From Narcine bancroftii (lineage: Eukaryota): a DNA stretch of 64,000 nt. This document shows positions 11,481-22,156 of this stretch, in pieces; the stretch's first letter is position 1, and every line of letters starts with the position of its first letter. The notes beneath the pieces are model-generated. The model saw only the letters and a program-made list of their open reading frames with translations. It was not told the DNA's origin and searched no databases. The translations under genes and the position numbers were made by a program. The DNA lies in contig NC_091470.1 in NCBI RefSeq assembly GCF_036971445.1, forward strand, positions 142,476,001 to 142,540,000, written 5' to 3'.

Positions 11481-11970
11481 TCAGCCAGTCTCGAGCTAGT
11501 CTCCAGCAGTCCTCCTCCTGGTGTGAGCCCCTTGACCGTGGTGGCCAGCAGCTCGCAGCCTGTGTGGGTTCCTCGCTTCAAGTCACCAACAGCCCCACCA
11601 CCTGTGTGGTTTCCTCAGCCTCAGAGCCCCCTCACTGGTCCAGCGCCGGGGTCACCGTGCTGTGGGTTCTGTCTTCTGCTTCACCTTCTCAAACACTGGT
11701 TGGTCTCCCTGTTTTTTTGTACCCCGCTCCAGTCCTCCACTTCTCACTGCCAAACACAGGCACCACCCAAATAGGCCCAGACTCCGTGGTTGCAGGATTT
11801 TAAATAAAACCCCCATCAGGTCCTTTAACAGGCCATTCAAAGCGTTTATGGAGCTGATGCCTATTGATCTGGGCGGTTGGACCCCAAGGGGGAGCACCGT
11901 GTGTCTGCTCCCTGCTCTTCATAGGTCCGCTCCAGTGGCAGCACTGGTGTTACAGCAGTGCCACCATTTT
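11440..11970 (-). mobile_element. Unclassified interspersed repeat (related copies at about 22155-22545, 41190-41610, 49700-50365, 54258-54600)
   Basis: Shared segments such as ccttcagccagtctcgagc, caggattttaaa...aac and taacaggcc.ttc/taaagc. Other copies end in acatg(a/t)caataaa...gaatcttga. Confidence 0.65.
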
Positions 11971-11974
11971 ATAA

Positions 11975-12400
11975 AAATGTAAACCACCACACAAAATAAA
12001 TAAAAATAGTGCATGAAAAGTAAAGGTAAAGCAGCATCTGTGGTTCATTTATCATTCAGGAATCTGATTGCAGAGAAGAAGCTGTCTTTGTGTCACTGAG
12101 TGCTCATCTTCAGATTCCTGTACTTCCTTCCCGATGGTAGAGTGAAGAGGCTGCTTCTTTAAGACACTTGATGGAGTGAAGTCTGGTGCCTGTGATTTCT
12201 CGGGCTGAGTTAATTCTTATCCTGAGAGTTGGAGTCTCCATACCAGACAGTGATGCAACCAGCCAGAATGCTGTCCAGGACAGATCCTCGGAGATGTTGA
12301 CACCCAGGAATTTGAAGTTCTTGACCCTCTCCACTATTGAGCCCTTAATGATGACTGGGTCATGTTCCCCTGACTCCCTCCTGAAGTCCTCAATCATCCC
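11975..12400 (-). mobile_element. Rex1/Babar- or L2-like LINE 3' fragment
   Basis: Degenerate coding VERVKNFKFLGVNISEDLSW. Confidence 0.65.
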
Positions 12401-13539
12401 ATTTTTCTTCCCCATGTTTTCCCTGGAGCCAAAGTGGTTGACATTTGATAGCCCAGCAAATCCCTCTGTTCTGTGTAATTAAGAATGGAAATTAAACACT
12501 GGGTTTGCCAACATGTACTTGATCTGTAATTGAATTAAAATAAAGTGTACATCAGCACACAAAGGTCTAAAAGGCAGCTAAAAAATGGGTGCAGAATGGC
12601 ATCAGAAAACAAAGGTTTGAGTTATTTCAGGAAGCAGGAATGTGGCTCAGTGTGTTATGGAAGTGAATGGTCATCTATTTTATGCTGAGAATATTGGACT
12701 GGTAGAGTTAATGAGTTCGATGGCCATATTCTCTGAATGAGCAGCAGTGAAATGAACTACAGCTGATGTTGTTCATGGGCAGCATTTGGAGGAGCAAGAG
12801 ATCAAGTATTAATCATAGGGACCTCATGAAGTGATTGTGGTGAGATCTATGGCAACAGAAGTTGTGGGAGGGAAAGAAACCCATTGCTGAAGAAATGTGC
12901 GCATTCAGCCAACAGGTATGTCAGAAATTAAGGGAGTGTGGTCACTCTGGGTGAATGACTGAACATCAGAGGGGAGAGGGTGTGATTATCTTAAAGACTA
13001 CAGAGAACTTGAAAAGGTAAACAATACCACTCAGATAATGTATAACATCAAAGTCCGATCGGAAATCATACATTACCAGATTTAAGGAGACTGAAACATG
13101 CAGAGGAAACCCATGGGCCACAGAGAAAACATGCTAAATTGTGTTTCTATGTGTATCCAAGTTGAACCCTCACTGGCAGTGTACTGGGGAGGGGCTTTAT
13201 TCTGTGCCCCGGGAGTGATGGATGTCATGGCTATCAATTCCTCCAAGTTGTGACTGATAAAGGTTCCCTAGACTCACAATGAGGACAAACTCCTTGCATT
13301 TCCATGACCAATAGATGGGTCAGGAGGTGGAAATGGCTTTGACCTGTTTCTCTCTCCACAGATGTTGCCCAACCTGATGAAAGTTTTCTGAATTTTTCAT
13401 CCTTATTCCCAGAAGCAGTGTCTCTATGATGGCGTTCACCCTTGCAGGGTTTGATATCTAATTACCTTCAAGATATGGAAGACACTTCACATCTTGTAGT
13501 GGGGATCAGTCCATGTGACATCCTCGAGCTGAAAGAATG

Positions 13540-13830
13540 ACAGGCGGAACCATGAACGGGCGCACACGTGGCGGGGGCACCCGGACGCCTTTATGGAAGG
13601 GCCGGGGAGCAGTTTGTGAGTGGACCGACCGGATGTGTGCGCCGTGAGGATGGCGGTGCCTCTGTGACTGGGATCAGCCGCCAACCATGAACTCGGAGAA
13701 CCTGGGGCCGGGGGCCGCCGCCAACGGTGAGCTGCCCACGGGCCCTGTCTCGGGCCGGCGGCAGGTGTCCAGTGGCCTGGACCATGGATCAGAGCCCGGG
13801 CTGGCGGCGGCGCCATTGCAATAGGGCGGG
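13540..13830 (+). promoter_or_regulatory. CpG-rich TAF10 promoter and first exon
   Basis: High GC and CpG density; E-box CACGTG 13565-13570, ETS-like ACCGGATGTG 13628-13637, YY1-like ATGGCGG at 13650. Confidence 0.65.
13687..13726 (+). CDS. TAF10: TFIID/SAGA subunit TAF10, coding exon 1
   Basis: gccgccaaccATG, MNSENLGPGAAAN+G, donor AACG|gtgagc. Phase 1 joins exon 2 in frame; without splicing the frame stops at about 13824. This exon is poorly conserved, so it is less certain than the others. Confidence 0.8.
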
Positions 13831-14160
13831 TGTGGAGACGGGGCGGTCGGGGTCGGGGGTGCGGAGGGGCTGGCGGGGTGGGGACCGGGGGGCGGGGTGT
13901 GGAGGGGCTGGCGGGGTGGGGACCGGGGGGCGGGGTGCGGAGGGGTTGGCGGGGTGGGGACCGGGGGGGTGCGGAGGGGCGGGCGGGACGCGGGCGGGTG
14001 CTGGCGGGACGGGGACGGGGGGGGAGCTGGCGGGACGGGGACGGGGGGGGGAGCTGGCGGGACGGGGACGGGGGGGGAGCTGGCGGGACGGGGACGGGGG
14101 GGGAGCTGGCGGGACGGGGACGGGGGGGGGGGAGCTGGCGGGACGGGGGGGTGGGTGGTC
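13826..14160. repeat. G-rich tandem repeat in TAF10 intron 1
   Basis: Repeated GGAGCTGGCGGGACGGGGACGGGGGG and GGCGGGGTGGGGACCGGGGG units. Confidence 0.9.
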
Positions 14161-14492
14161 AGGTTTGTAAATGCTGCCCCCCCCAACTCCGTAACCCCCG
14201 GACTGGCGGCGGCGCCGCCATTGCGGTAGTTGTGGAGAGGGCTGGCGTGGCAGCCGGGGGAGGGGAGTGGGTCTGGGGGAGATGATGGTGGTCAGGGAGG
14301 TTGTGGCTGGGGAGATGATGGCGGTCGGGGTTGAGGGTGAAGTTGCTGCATCAGGTTCTGATGCAAGGTCTCAACTCCTGACTCCAATATCTGTTTATTG
14401 GTCATGATTCTACTCCATAAATTCTGTGCTGCTCATTTCAGGGCTGCAGTTTTCTGTTGTTACATGCTGATCAGTGTAACTTGTGTCTTCAG

Positions 14493-14641
14493 TTCCAAGT
14501 GCTGCTGCATCGGCAGCAGAGACATCTGTTTCAAATGGCGTCTACGTTCCTCAAGGGATTGCCAACGGGGATGTCAAACCTGTTATATCAACAACACCAC
14601 TGGCAGATTTTCTTATGCAATTAGAAGATTATACACCAACA
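14493..14641 (+). CDS. TAF10: TAF10 coding exon 2
   Basis: ttcag|TTCCAAGT...CCAACA|gtaagt, encodes ...SNGVYVPQGIANGDVKPVISTTPLADFLMQLEDYTPT, the start of the TAF10 histone-fold region. Confidence 0.95.
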
Positions 14642-14886
14642 GTAAGTTTCTACATTTTTCAATAATTCGTGTTATGACTTGCTCTCTAATTTCTCTATGT
14701 GCTTGTCAGTTAAATAAAATAGTTCTAGAAAGATTTTACCCTAACATTCCATTAGGCCAAGGTTTCCATTCTTGTTCAACAGAGTCCAAAAATGGGTTCA
14801 AACAATTAAATTAAAATACTGGGCTACAGATGCAAGCATGTGAAAAACAAGATTTGGAAAATTATGGAACTTTTTGCTTGATTTGT

Positions 14887-14990
14887 CAGTGGTTCTCAAT
14901 CTTTTTTTCCCCACTCACATCTACCACCTTAAGTAATCCCTTACTAACCACAGAGCATGTGAGTGGAAAGAAAAAGGTTGAGAATCACTG
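14887..14990. mobile_element. Short hAT/Charlie-like MITE
   Basis: TIRs cagtggttctcaatcttttt / aaaaaggttgagaatcactg; same family as 23333-23462. Confidence 0.7.
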
Positions 14991-15606
14991 ATTTAAGTTT
15001 GCTCAATGTAAGGTGAAATGTACAATATTTACATTTGTGTTGATATTAAAAACATTGCAACTGCTAGTTTTCAAGTTTTGGCAAAGCTGATTAAGGTCAT
15101 TTAGATGATGTTTTTCAATTTCTAATGCAAAAAACCCTGGAAACAACTAACCCTGTTCTATTACACAGTGGAGCTCTACATGGGGTTGTGCATAAAATTC
15201 ATCTTTTAAAATTTGGTGAAGCCTCAAGCCTGAAATATGGCGATGTATCTTTACCTTTGCTACATAAAGGCACTGTTTGACCTGCTGAGTTTCACTTAAC
15301 TACGGTGTCAACAGAATCCTGTGCTTTTACCCTCCCCTACCCTTTTTTAAATTTGGTTGTTGGACTTGTTGGTGTATTTACAGAAACTTTGGAAATCATA
15401 CTTTGTGTTCGTATGTGGGATCTATGTAGTGAATGATTGTCATTTTGCAGCAGTTTTTAAAAAAACCTATCAATCATGTGCTTTTGTGTTGGCTTTGTGC
15501 ACTCACTCTATCATCTGAGTTGTCATTACACATGCCAAACATTTTCTACCTTAATTACATGTATAGTTAGTTTACTTTTCTAATGTTTCTCATTTGAACA
15601 CCTCAG

Positions 15607-15671
15607 ATACCAGATGCTGTGACAGGATACTATTTGAATCGAGCTGGTTTTGAAGCTTCTGATCCCCGCAT
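15607..15671 (+). CDS. TAF10: TAF10 coding exon 3
   Basis: ctcag|ATACCAGAT...CGCAT|gtaagt, IPDAVTGYYLNRAGFEASDPR(I), 65 nt. Confidence 0.96.
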
Positions 15672-16219
15672 GTAAGTTAGCGCTTTGTTCCATTTAAATA
15701 ACAACATTGACAGCATTTCTACACTGAGCGACTTTCATTTTAAAATGCTTTAAAAGTTGGAGAATGTTCCACAAAGTTTTGTACAATTAGCTGTTTGGAT
15801 CCGGCTATTTTAAACCTTTCATCATATATACTCCGGACTGTGGGTCAATGCGTAAACCTTTAAAGTATTAAAGTACAGTATGTAATAAAATCAGTTCCCT
15901 AAATCCTGGACAGAGGAGCCAAAGAATAAGTCCCACAGTTGTAAATTTTCTGAAGACTACATGTATTCAAGAAACCTTCCCTGCCTCCTGAATGTGTTGG
16001 TCTTTGAGGTGGTAATTTATAAATAATAGTTATAATTGGTGGAATTTGTTTATAGAAACATCCTGAAGACTTTTCCTCAGTGAAACCTTTCCAGGATGAT
16101 TCAGCTTTGATTGGGAAAAAAATTTTTGGTAATTTACAATGTATTGATTGGGAGCTTGTATTGATTTACTATGAAATTAATTGTATCCATGTTTTTGATT
16201 ATTACTGCTTTCTAAACAG

Positions 16220-16334
16220 AATTCGTTTAATATCTTTGGCTGCACAAAAGTTCATCTCAGACATTGCAAATGATGCCTTGCAACACTGTAAAATGAAAGG
16301 AACTGCGTCGGGAAGCTCCAGAAACAAAAGCAAG
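16220..16334 (+). CDS. TAF10: TAF10 coding exon 4
   Basis: aacag|AATTCGT...AGCAAG|gtttgt, IRLISLAAQKFISDIANDALQHCKMKGTASGSSRNKSK, 115 nt. Confidence 0.96.
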
Positions 16335-16547
16335 GTTTGTTCATACTTGTTAGTGCCAAATAGATCCCCCCACTCCAAACCACACAGCTCTCACCGCTTC
16401 CAAGGGTATTTATCAAATGTACCACTTCACAGTCACTGACATTTTATTTGATTAGCAAAATGTTTGAACATTTTGTCACTAGCCATGTGGATTTTTATTT
16501 CTGTTCTTAAATTATTTACACCCTTCCTGATCCCATTTTATTTTGGC

Positions 16548-16786
16548 TTAATTTATTTTAGACATGCAGCACAGTAGCAGGTCCTTCCTGCCCATGAGCC
16601 CATGCCACCCCAAATACCCCAATTGACTTGCAACCCGTACATTTTTGAATGGTGGGAGGAAACTGGTGCCTCTGGAGGAAACCCAGAGACATGGGGGAGA
16701 ACGTACAAGTATGGCTTGAGACAGCGCCAACATCCTTGAATCCGGGACGCTGGCGCTGTAACAGCACTGTGCTAACCGTGCCACCT
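16548..16786 (-). mobile_element. tRNA-derived SINE (HE1/V-SINE-like) in TAF10 intron 4
   Basis: Reverse complement begins ggtggcacggttagcacagtgctgttacagcgccagc, has the V-SINE core and a TAAA tail. Confidence 0.8.
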
Positions 16787-16850
16787 TAATGGACAGGTGA
16801 AGGGAAAAAAAGTGTTCTAAGTTGCTTCTGTTTTTGATTGACTTTTTCAG

Positions 16851-16940
16851 GATAAAAAATACACACTCACCATGGAGGATTTAATTCCTGCTCTCACTGA
16901 ATACGGCATAAATGTGAAGAAACCTCATTATTTTACATAA
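16851..16940 (+). CDS. TAF10: TAF10 coding exon 5 (stop)
   Basis: ttttcag|GATAAAAAATAC...[35 protein letters not shown]. Total CDS 459 nt, 152 aa. Confidence 0.96.
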   Translation, partial: DKKYTLTMEDLIPALTEYGINVKKPHYFT

Positions 16941-17257
16941 GGATCTGGAAGCTTCTTCAAACTAGTGACTACTTAGTAAACATCTCACAAGTACTGTACG
17001 ATGTCAGCTCTGAATCCCTTTCAGCAAATGAAATGGAAACAATGCGCAAGTTTGGAATATTCCCAATGTGACAAGTGCTAAAGTGGTTTGAATCTCCATC
17101 CTCATTGTTTGAAGGCGCATGATTTTTCACTTGATTCTGGCTTATCCTTTTGAATTGTTAGCTAAGCTGATTAAAAAGACTTAATTTTTTTTTAATCTTG
17201 GAGATTGAGTCAGGGTATTATTTTCCTTTCTATGAAGCTAGTTTGGGATCCATTTGA

Positions 17258-17275
17258 AATAAAATTTAAAATAAA
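17258..17275 (+). terminator. Candidate TAF10 polyadenylation signals (two AATAAA)
   Basis: AATAAA at 17258 and 17270, about 320 nt after the stop. Further AATAAA hexamers occur downstream, so which is used is unknown. Confidence 0.45.
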
Positions 17276-17866
17276 GTTATGCATCTAATGGCCTTTAGAA
17301 AATTGGACTATAATAGTTTTTAAATAGCAAGCTTGTTCTGTAATTCAGAAGAGAACCTCATTATTTTCAAATGCATTAGTGGTGCATTTGAAAATTGTCT
17401 ACTTGTAAATGTGTTTGGTTTTAGAGGAAGAAATGTTTTGTGTAGTCAATTAAGAGGAAAGAAATACAATCATTTTTTAATGTACATTCAGGTGGGAAAA
17501 ATAAAACAAAGCCATTTCTGCTTGCTCCAGCTATGGTTAGTACAACTCGTGCTCATTTACCCCAAAGTTTAAAATAATGTTTGCAGTAGATGAGAAGGGG
17601 ATAAAGTCCAAAAAGAGCTGCCATTTTGGATCCAGTTATCAGAATGCAGACACTTATAGTTCTGTATCAAGCATTCAATAAAATAATTGGCCTCCCACAG
17701 TACTGGGAAATGTGCCATGCTGATTTAAAGTTCTGCAATTGAGTTTGTTTTCTTAAACTTCATTTCTGTTTTCTTTACATGTGTTCAAGTAACCATTTTG
17801 ATTTGGCTTGAATTGTCTTGGATTCTATCTCTCACAATAGAATGGACGTCTGTTTTATGAACATTA

Positions 17867-18133
17867 GAGTTAAACTCTAAAGTCTGCAGACGCTGTGATT
17901 GTCGTCAAAGTGCAGGAATGCTGGAGGAACTCAGCCGGTCTCACAGCATCCATAGGAGGTAAAGATTTTTACTGACATTTTGGGCCCAAGCCTTTCCTCA
18001 AGGTGTGAGTGAAAATAGACATTAAAGGCTGGGGAAGAATGGGAAGGGGAAGAGGAAGCTTGAAACATCAGTTATATATCTTTACATCCTATGGACACTG
18101 TAAAAGCATCCTAATTCTTCCAGGATCTCTGTC
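17867..18133. mobile_element. Palindromic Penelope-derived mini-element
   Basis: Inverted arms; flanked by the direct repeat ATGAACATTA (17857-17866 and 18134-18143). Confidence 0.65.
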
Positions 18134-19509
18134 ATGAACATTAAATGACAAGTGGAATGAGGAATCTTTGTTCCTTTAGCAGCAAGTGGTTATTATAGTT
18201 CAAGATGTGTAGTCAATCACAGGAGCTGTTTCATTCGTGCATGAAGAACCGATCCATAATTCTATAAATGTCCTTTTCTTACAATAAATTGGCACTTAAT
18301 TTTAATTCTTGATGCCACCCCTAGTTTTGATGGGATGACTGATTTGATAAATAAAGAGATTAGACTAGGAATCATAGAAAACCTGCAGTACAGGAGGAGG
18401 CCATTTAGCTGTTGTGCCCCTGATGCTCAAAAAAGGCTGCCCAGCCTCAACGCACCTCCCAGCACCTGATCCACAGCTCTGCAGGTGTCAGCTCTTCGGC
18501 TACCTGTCCAGTACATAATGCTGTAGGCTTTGCAGCCTCTCCCAGTGCACAAAGGGAAGGACTTCCTGACCCTTTCACCCTCTGGGTGAAATCTTTTTTA
18601 CTCTCATGTTCCTTAATTCTTCCAATCTCACACCCTCTAGTTTTTCAGCCTTCCACAAAAGGAATTGGGAAATTGCTGTAATTTTGTGCACCAATCATTT
18701 CATGCACTTTCATTGTTCTCTCTGCTTCCTCTATATTACACAAAATGAATAACCCCAAACTATCCCATCTATATTTCAGTCCTGACAAGATTCTAGTATA
18801 GAACCTTTTTTCAGCTTCAGTCCCAAGAGAACTCTGCTCAAAGTTTATGGACCCCCTTCCCCGTGAAGCAGTCAAGTTTTGGATTCTTCACACTTCTATA
18901 GACTACATTTTAAAAAGAATTATGTGGCATGAGTTGAAAATCAGATAAGGCTTTGACTTGAGTGTGCTGTGGCCACTGGGGGGCAGGGGCTGTTCTACTC
19001 CATCTCTGTATCCACTCCAGTGCAATCGTATCTTGTAACTAGAATTAGATGCAGGTCTCAAGCTGTGGACTGATTAGTTTTTTATGCAGTTTGAGAAAAC
19101 TTCAGGGCTCTGATATTCCATACCCCATAAAGGAAAGGATCTCCTCCCACCTCAGCCATTATATGCCCTGTCCTTTAAGCATCTGTGTGAGTACACTCAG
19201 GGTAATCAATGAGTTCACTGGATTTATTCACATAATTGGTGAGGAGAACAGAAGTGAGCACAATTCATGACTCCCCGTGAGCACTGACAGATCAGCTGAT
19301 CCTTTTTGAATGGTGATCAGGTTCAAGGGGCTGTGTGATCTATTCCTGCTCCTCTTGTGTTCTTATTCTATCATGGAAGATCTAATACCTTGAATATATT
19401 GGTAACCTGGCAATAATCCTGTCCAAAACAAATCCCAGTCTAAATTTCTTTTGGGCAAGGTGAGGGTAGCTAAATTGTTTAATAATTTTTAAAAAGTCAC
19501 AATCTGTTA

Positions 19510-20330
19510 TAAAGCTGGTGGAGAAACTCAGCAGGTCACGCAGCATCCATAGGACATAAAAGTCAGTCATTGTTTTGGGCTTGAGCCCTTTGGGAATGTG
19601 AACAGGTGGACGCATGAATAAAAAAAGTTGGGAGGGAGGATCACAGGCGAACAGGCAAGAAGGGAGGGTAGAAGCTGAGAAGTGATGGGGAGATGGCCAA
19701 GAAAGATCATGCTCTGATTAGAGAATGAAGGGGAGACGGTGGAGAGCAGGAAGGAGGAAAGGAGTTAGAAGGGTGGGGAGGGAGTTAATGGAAATTGGAG
19801 TTGACATTAGTACTATCTGGTTGGAGACTGAGACGGATTACAAGGTGTTGATCCTTGAATTTGAAGATGTTCTCGATTTGGCAGTGCATGCGGTGATGGG
19901 CATACATGTCAGTGTGGCAATGGGTCGTGGAATTACAATAGTTGGCCACTACGAGGTCCTTGCTGTTGCGGAGGACAGGGGGAAGGTGCTCAACAAAACG
20001 ATCTCCTAGTCTGCGTCCAGTCTCTCCAATGTAGAGGAGAACACAACGGGAACACTGGATGCGGTAGATGACCCCTGGAGATTCACAAGTGAAGTGATGC
20101 TTCACTTGGACTGTTTGGGCCCCTGAATGGTGCTGAGGGAGGAGGTGTGGATGCAAGTGGAGTATTTCCTGTGGTCACAGGTAGGTACAGAGTGAGTGAT
20201 CAGTGGGGAGGGATAAGTGGACCCCAGAGTCCCAGGGTGGAGAATTTCTAGTGGAGGGGGGAGGGTAGGGGAAGATGTGTCCGGTGATGGAAATTGTGGA
20301 GGCTGGTGGGGTGGTAGGGGGATCCTATCT
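19510..20330 (-). mobile_element. Penelope-like element fragment with GIY-YIG endonuclease
   Basis: ORF 19785-20156: FTCESPGVIYRIQCSRCVLLYIGETGRRLGDRFVEH, followed by the same terminal sequence as the mini-elements. Confidence 0.85.
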
Positions 20331-20609
20331 TTCCTAAGTTGAGTGCACCCACAAATTGGAGGAGCACCAAGAAGCTTAACATTTGCTCTTGCTCCTCGTA
20401 GAAAAGGAGTTGAGATTAGTCTGGTTCAGCCATGACCATGAATAAGGGCAGGCTTGAGGGCCCTCAAGGGCTGCCATTTCCTTGTATGTCCCTAGAAATG
20501 AGAGGTAGCTGCACAGGGCAAATAAGAGTCATTTACTCTCCTGCCCTCTGATAAGGGAAGAAAAGCCTGCTGATGCACCAGAAGAGTCTTGTTACTAGTT
20601 GACCCTCAA

Positions 20610-20860
20610 GGGTGGCACATTTGGCATAGTGGTTAGTGAAATACTGTTACAGCACCAGTGATCAGGACCGCGGTTTGAATCCCACACTGTAAGGAATTTG
20701 TATGTTCTCCCTATTTCTGCGTGGGGTTTTCCCAGCAGTTCTAGTTTCCTTTCACCATTTGAAATGTACCAGGAATGTGGTTAATTAGGTGTAATAGGGC
20801 AGCACGGGCTCGTGGGTCAAAAGAACCTGTTTCTGTGCGGTCTACATTTTTAAAAAAACT
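20610..20860 (+). mobile_element. tRNA-derived SINE (HE1/V-SINE-like)
   Basis: A-box tggcatagtggttag, B-box ggtttgaatcc, V-SINE core. Confidence 0.78.
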
Positions 20861-21154
20861 TAATTGGAAAAAGATATTTGTGAAAATTAAGGAGGAACAA
20901 AGCTTCTGTTAGAAGATATCTTAACAGAAGACTTACCACTTGATTAGACAACATATGACAGTGTAGATCAAATAATCCAAGTCTATTTGATGCAAATGAA
21001 ACGTTTTAAAACCTGTTGGTGTTGAATTCTACCTTTTAACTTGTTGGCTTGCAGTTTCACTCTATGGCCACTGAGCGTCTCTGGCGAGCCTCGTATCTTT
21101 TCCCCTCAATGGCTTTCTTAAATTGGTTCAAGGTTCCTTTGTTGTAACCACTAA

Positions 21155-22156
21155 ACAAGGGTTTGATAAATCGAGACAAAGGTGGGAATCAGATTTGAGT
21201 ATAGAAATTAATCCATTTTGCTGGTCCGTCTTGTGACAGGACAGCATGATTAACACGATTAATATAAGGTATCGGCTAGTGCAATATAACTTCTTGCATC
21301 AGCTATACCTTATTCCACAAAAGTTACATAAATTCAAATTGGAAATTTCAGACCAATGTTTTTCATGTGGTCAAGAAATAGTTACTTTCTTACATTCAAC
21401 CTGGTCATGCCCTAAAGTGAGGCCTTTCTGAGAAGATTTTGGTAATCTGGAAAAAGTTACTGGAATTCGATATCCTCAGGCACCTGAATTATTTTTATTG
21501 GGGAATTTAGAAGGTGTAAGTCCTAAACTGAGGCTGTTGCAATATCAATTAAAATTCATTAAGCTCACTTTAGCAGTGGCCAGGAAATGCATAGCAGTTA
21601 CTTGGAAATCTGATTCCCAACTAGGTTTAGCTGCTGGAAGATAGAAATGCGGAATTTTGTTCCCCTAGAGAAGATCACCTCGAATCTCAGAAACAGGTAG
21701 GACATATTTTCAAGAATATGGAATTCATACCTAAGGTACATTGGGGTAAATCCCCTGTCTCTTCCCCTCTCCCCATGTTCTTATCACCGAGGGCTCTGGA
21801 TAAGTCAGGTTATTTGCCCCTTGATGGGAGTGGGGTTTACGGTGAAGCCAATCTTTTCTTATTCTCTCATTTTTTCTTCTTGTTTCTTGGGGAGTGGGAG
21901 GGTTCCTCTTGTTTTCTTTCTGATCTTTTTCTACCTTTGGTTCATGGATGTTGAATTTTCATTTTTGTCGTATTATTATATTTTTTCTTTCTTATGATAA
22001 TTGAATCACATGTTGACTCTTCTCACTTTCTTTAATATCGACATGCAGATCAATGTTTGTAATATTTTGTTAATATTATTGATATTGATGTTTTTCATTT
22101 TGATTATTTTGACTGCATGTTGATTGAAAATTCTCAAAATAAAATATTCAAAAAAG
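21155..22156 (+). mobile_element. L1-clade LINE 3' fragment
   Basis: RYRLVQYNFLHQLY...CFSC...HSTWSCPK (CCHC-type motif), T-rich 3'UTR and aataaa/poly-A end. Confidence 0.75.

Noticed and set aside
9987-11803. 595-aa and 404-aa repetitive ORFs (and antisense ORFs) over the 40-bp array
   Set aside because: The 40-bp unit has no stop codon in any plus-strand frame, so long ORFs arise automatically. They start at non-ATG codons, have no splice support and lie in the PPIH upstream region.
13674-14285. Gly-rich and Pro-rich ORFs that could be a longer TAF10 N-terminus
   Set aside because: They come from the G-rich intronic repeat; the TAF10 frame stops at about 13824 unless spliced at 13726.
20610-20700. 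tRNA-like A and B boxes
   Set aside because: They are SINE heads followed by the V-SINE core and do not form a full cloverleaf.
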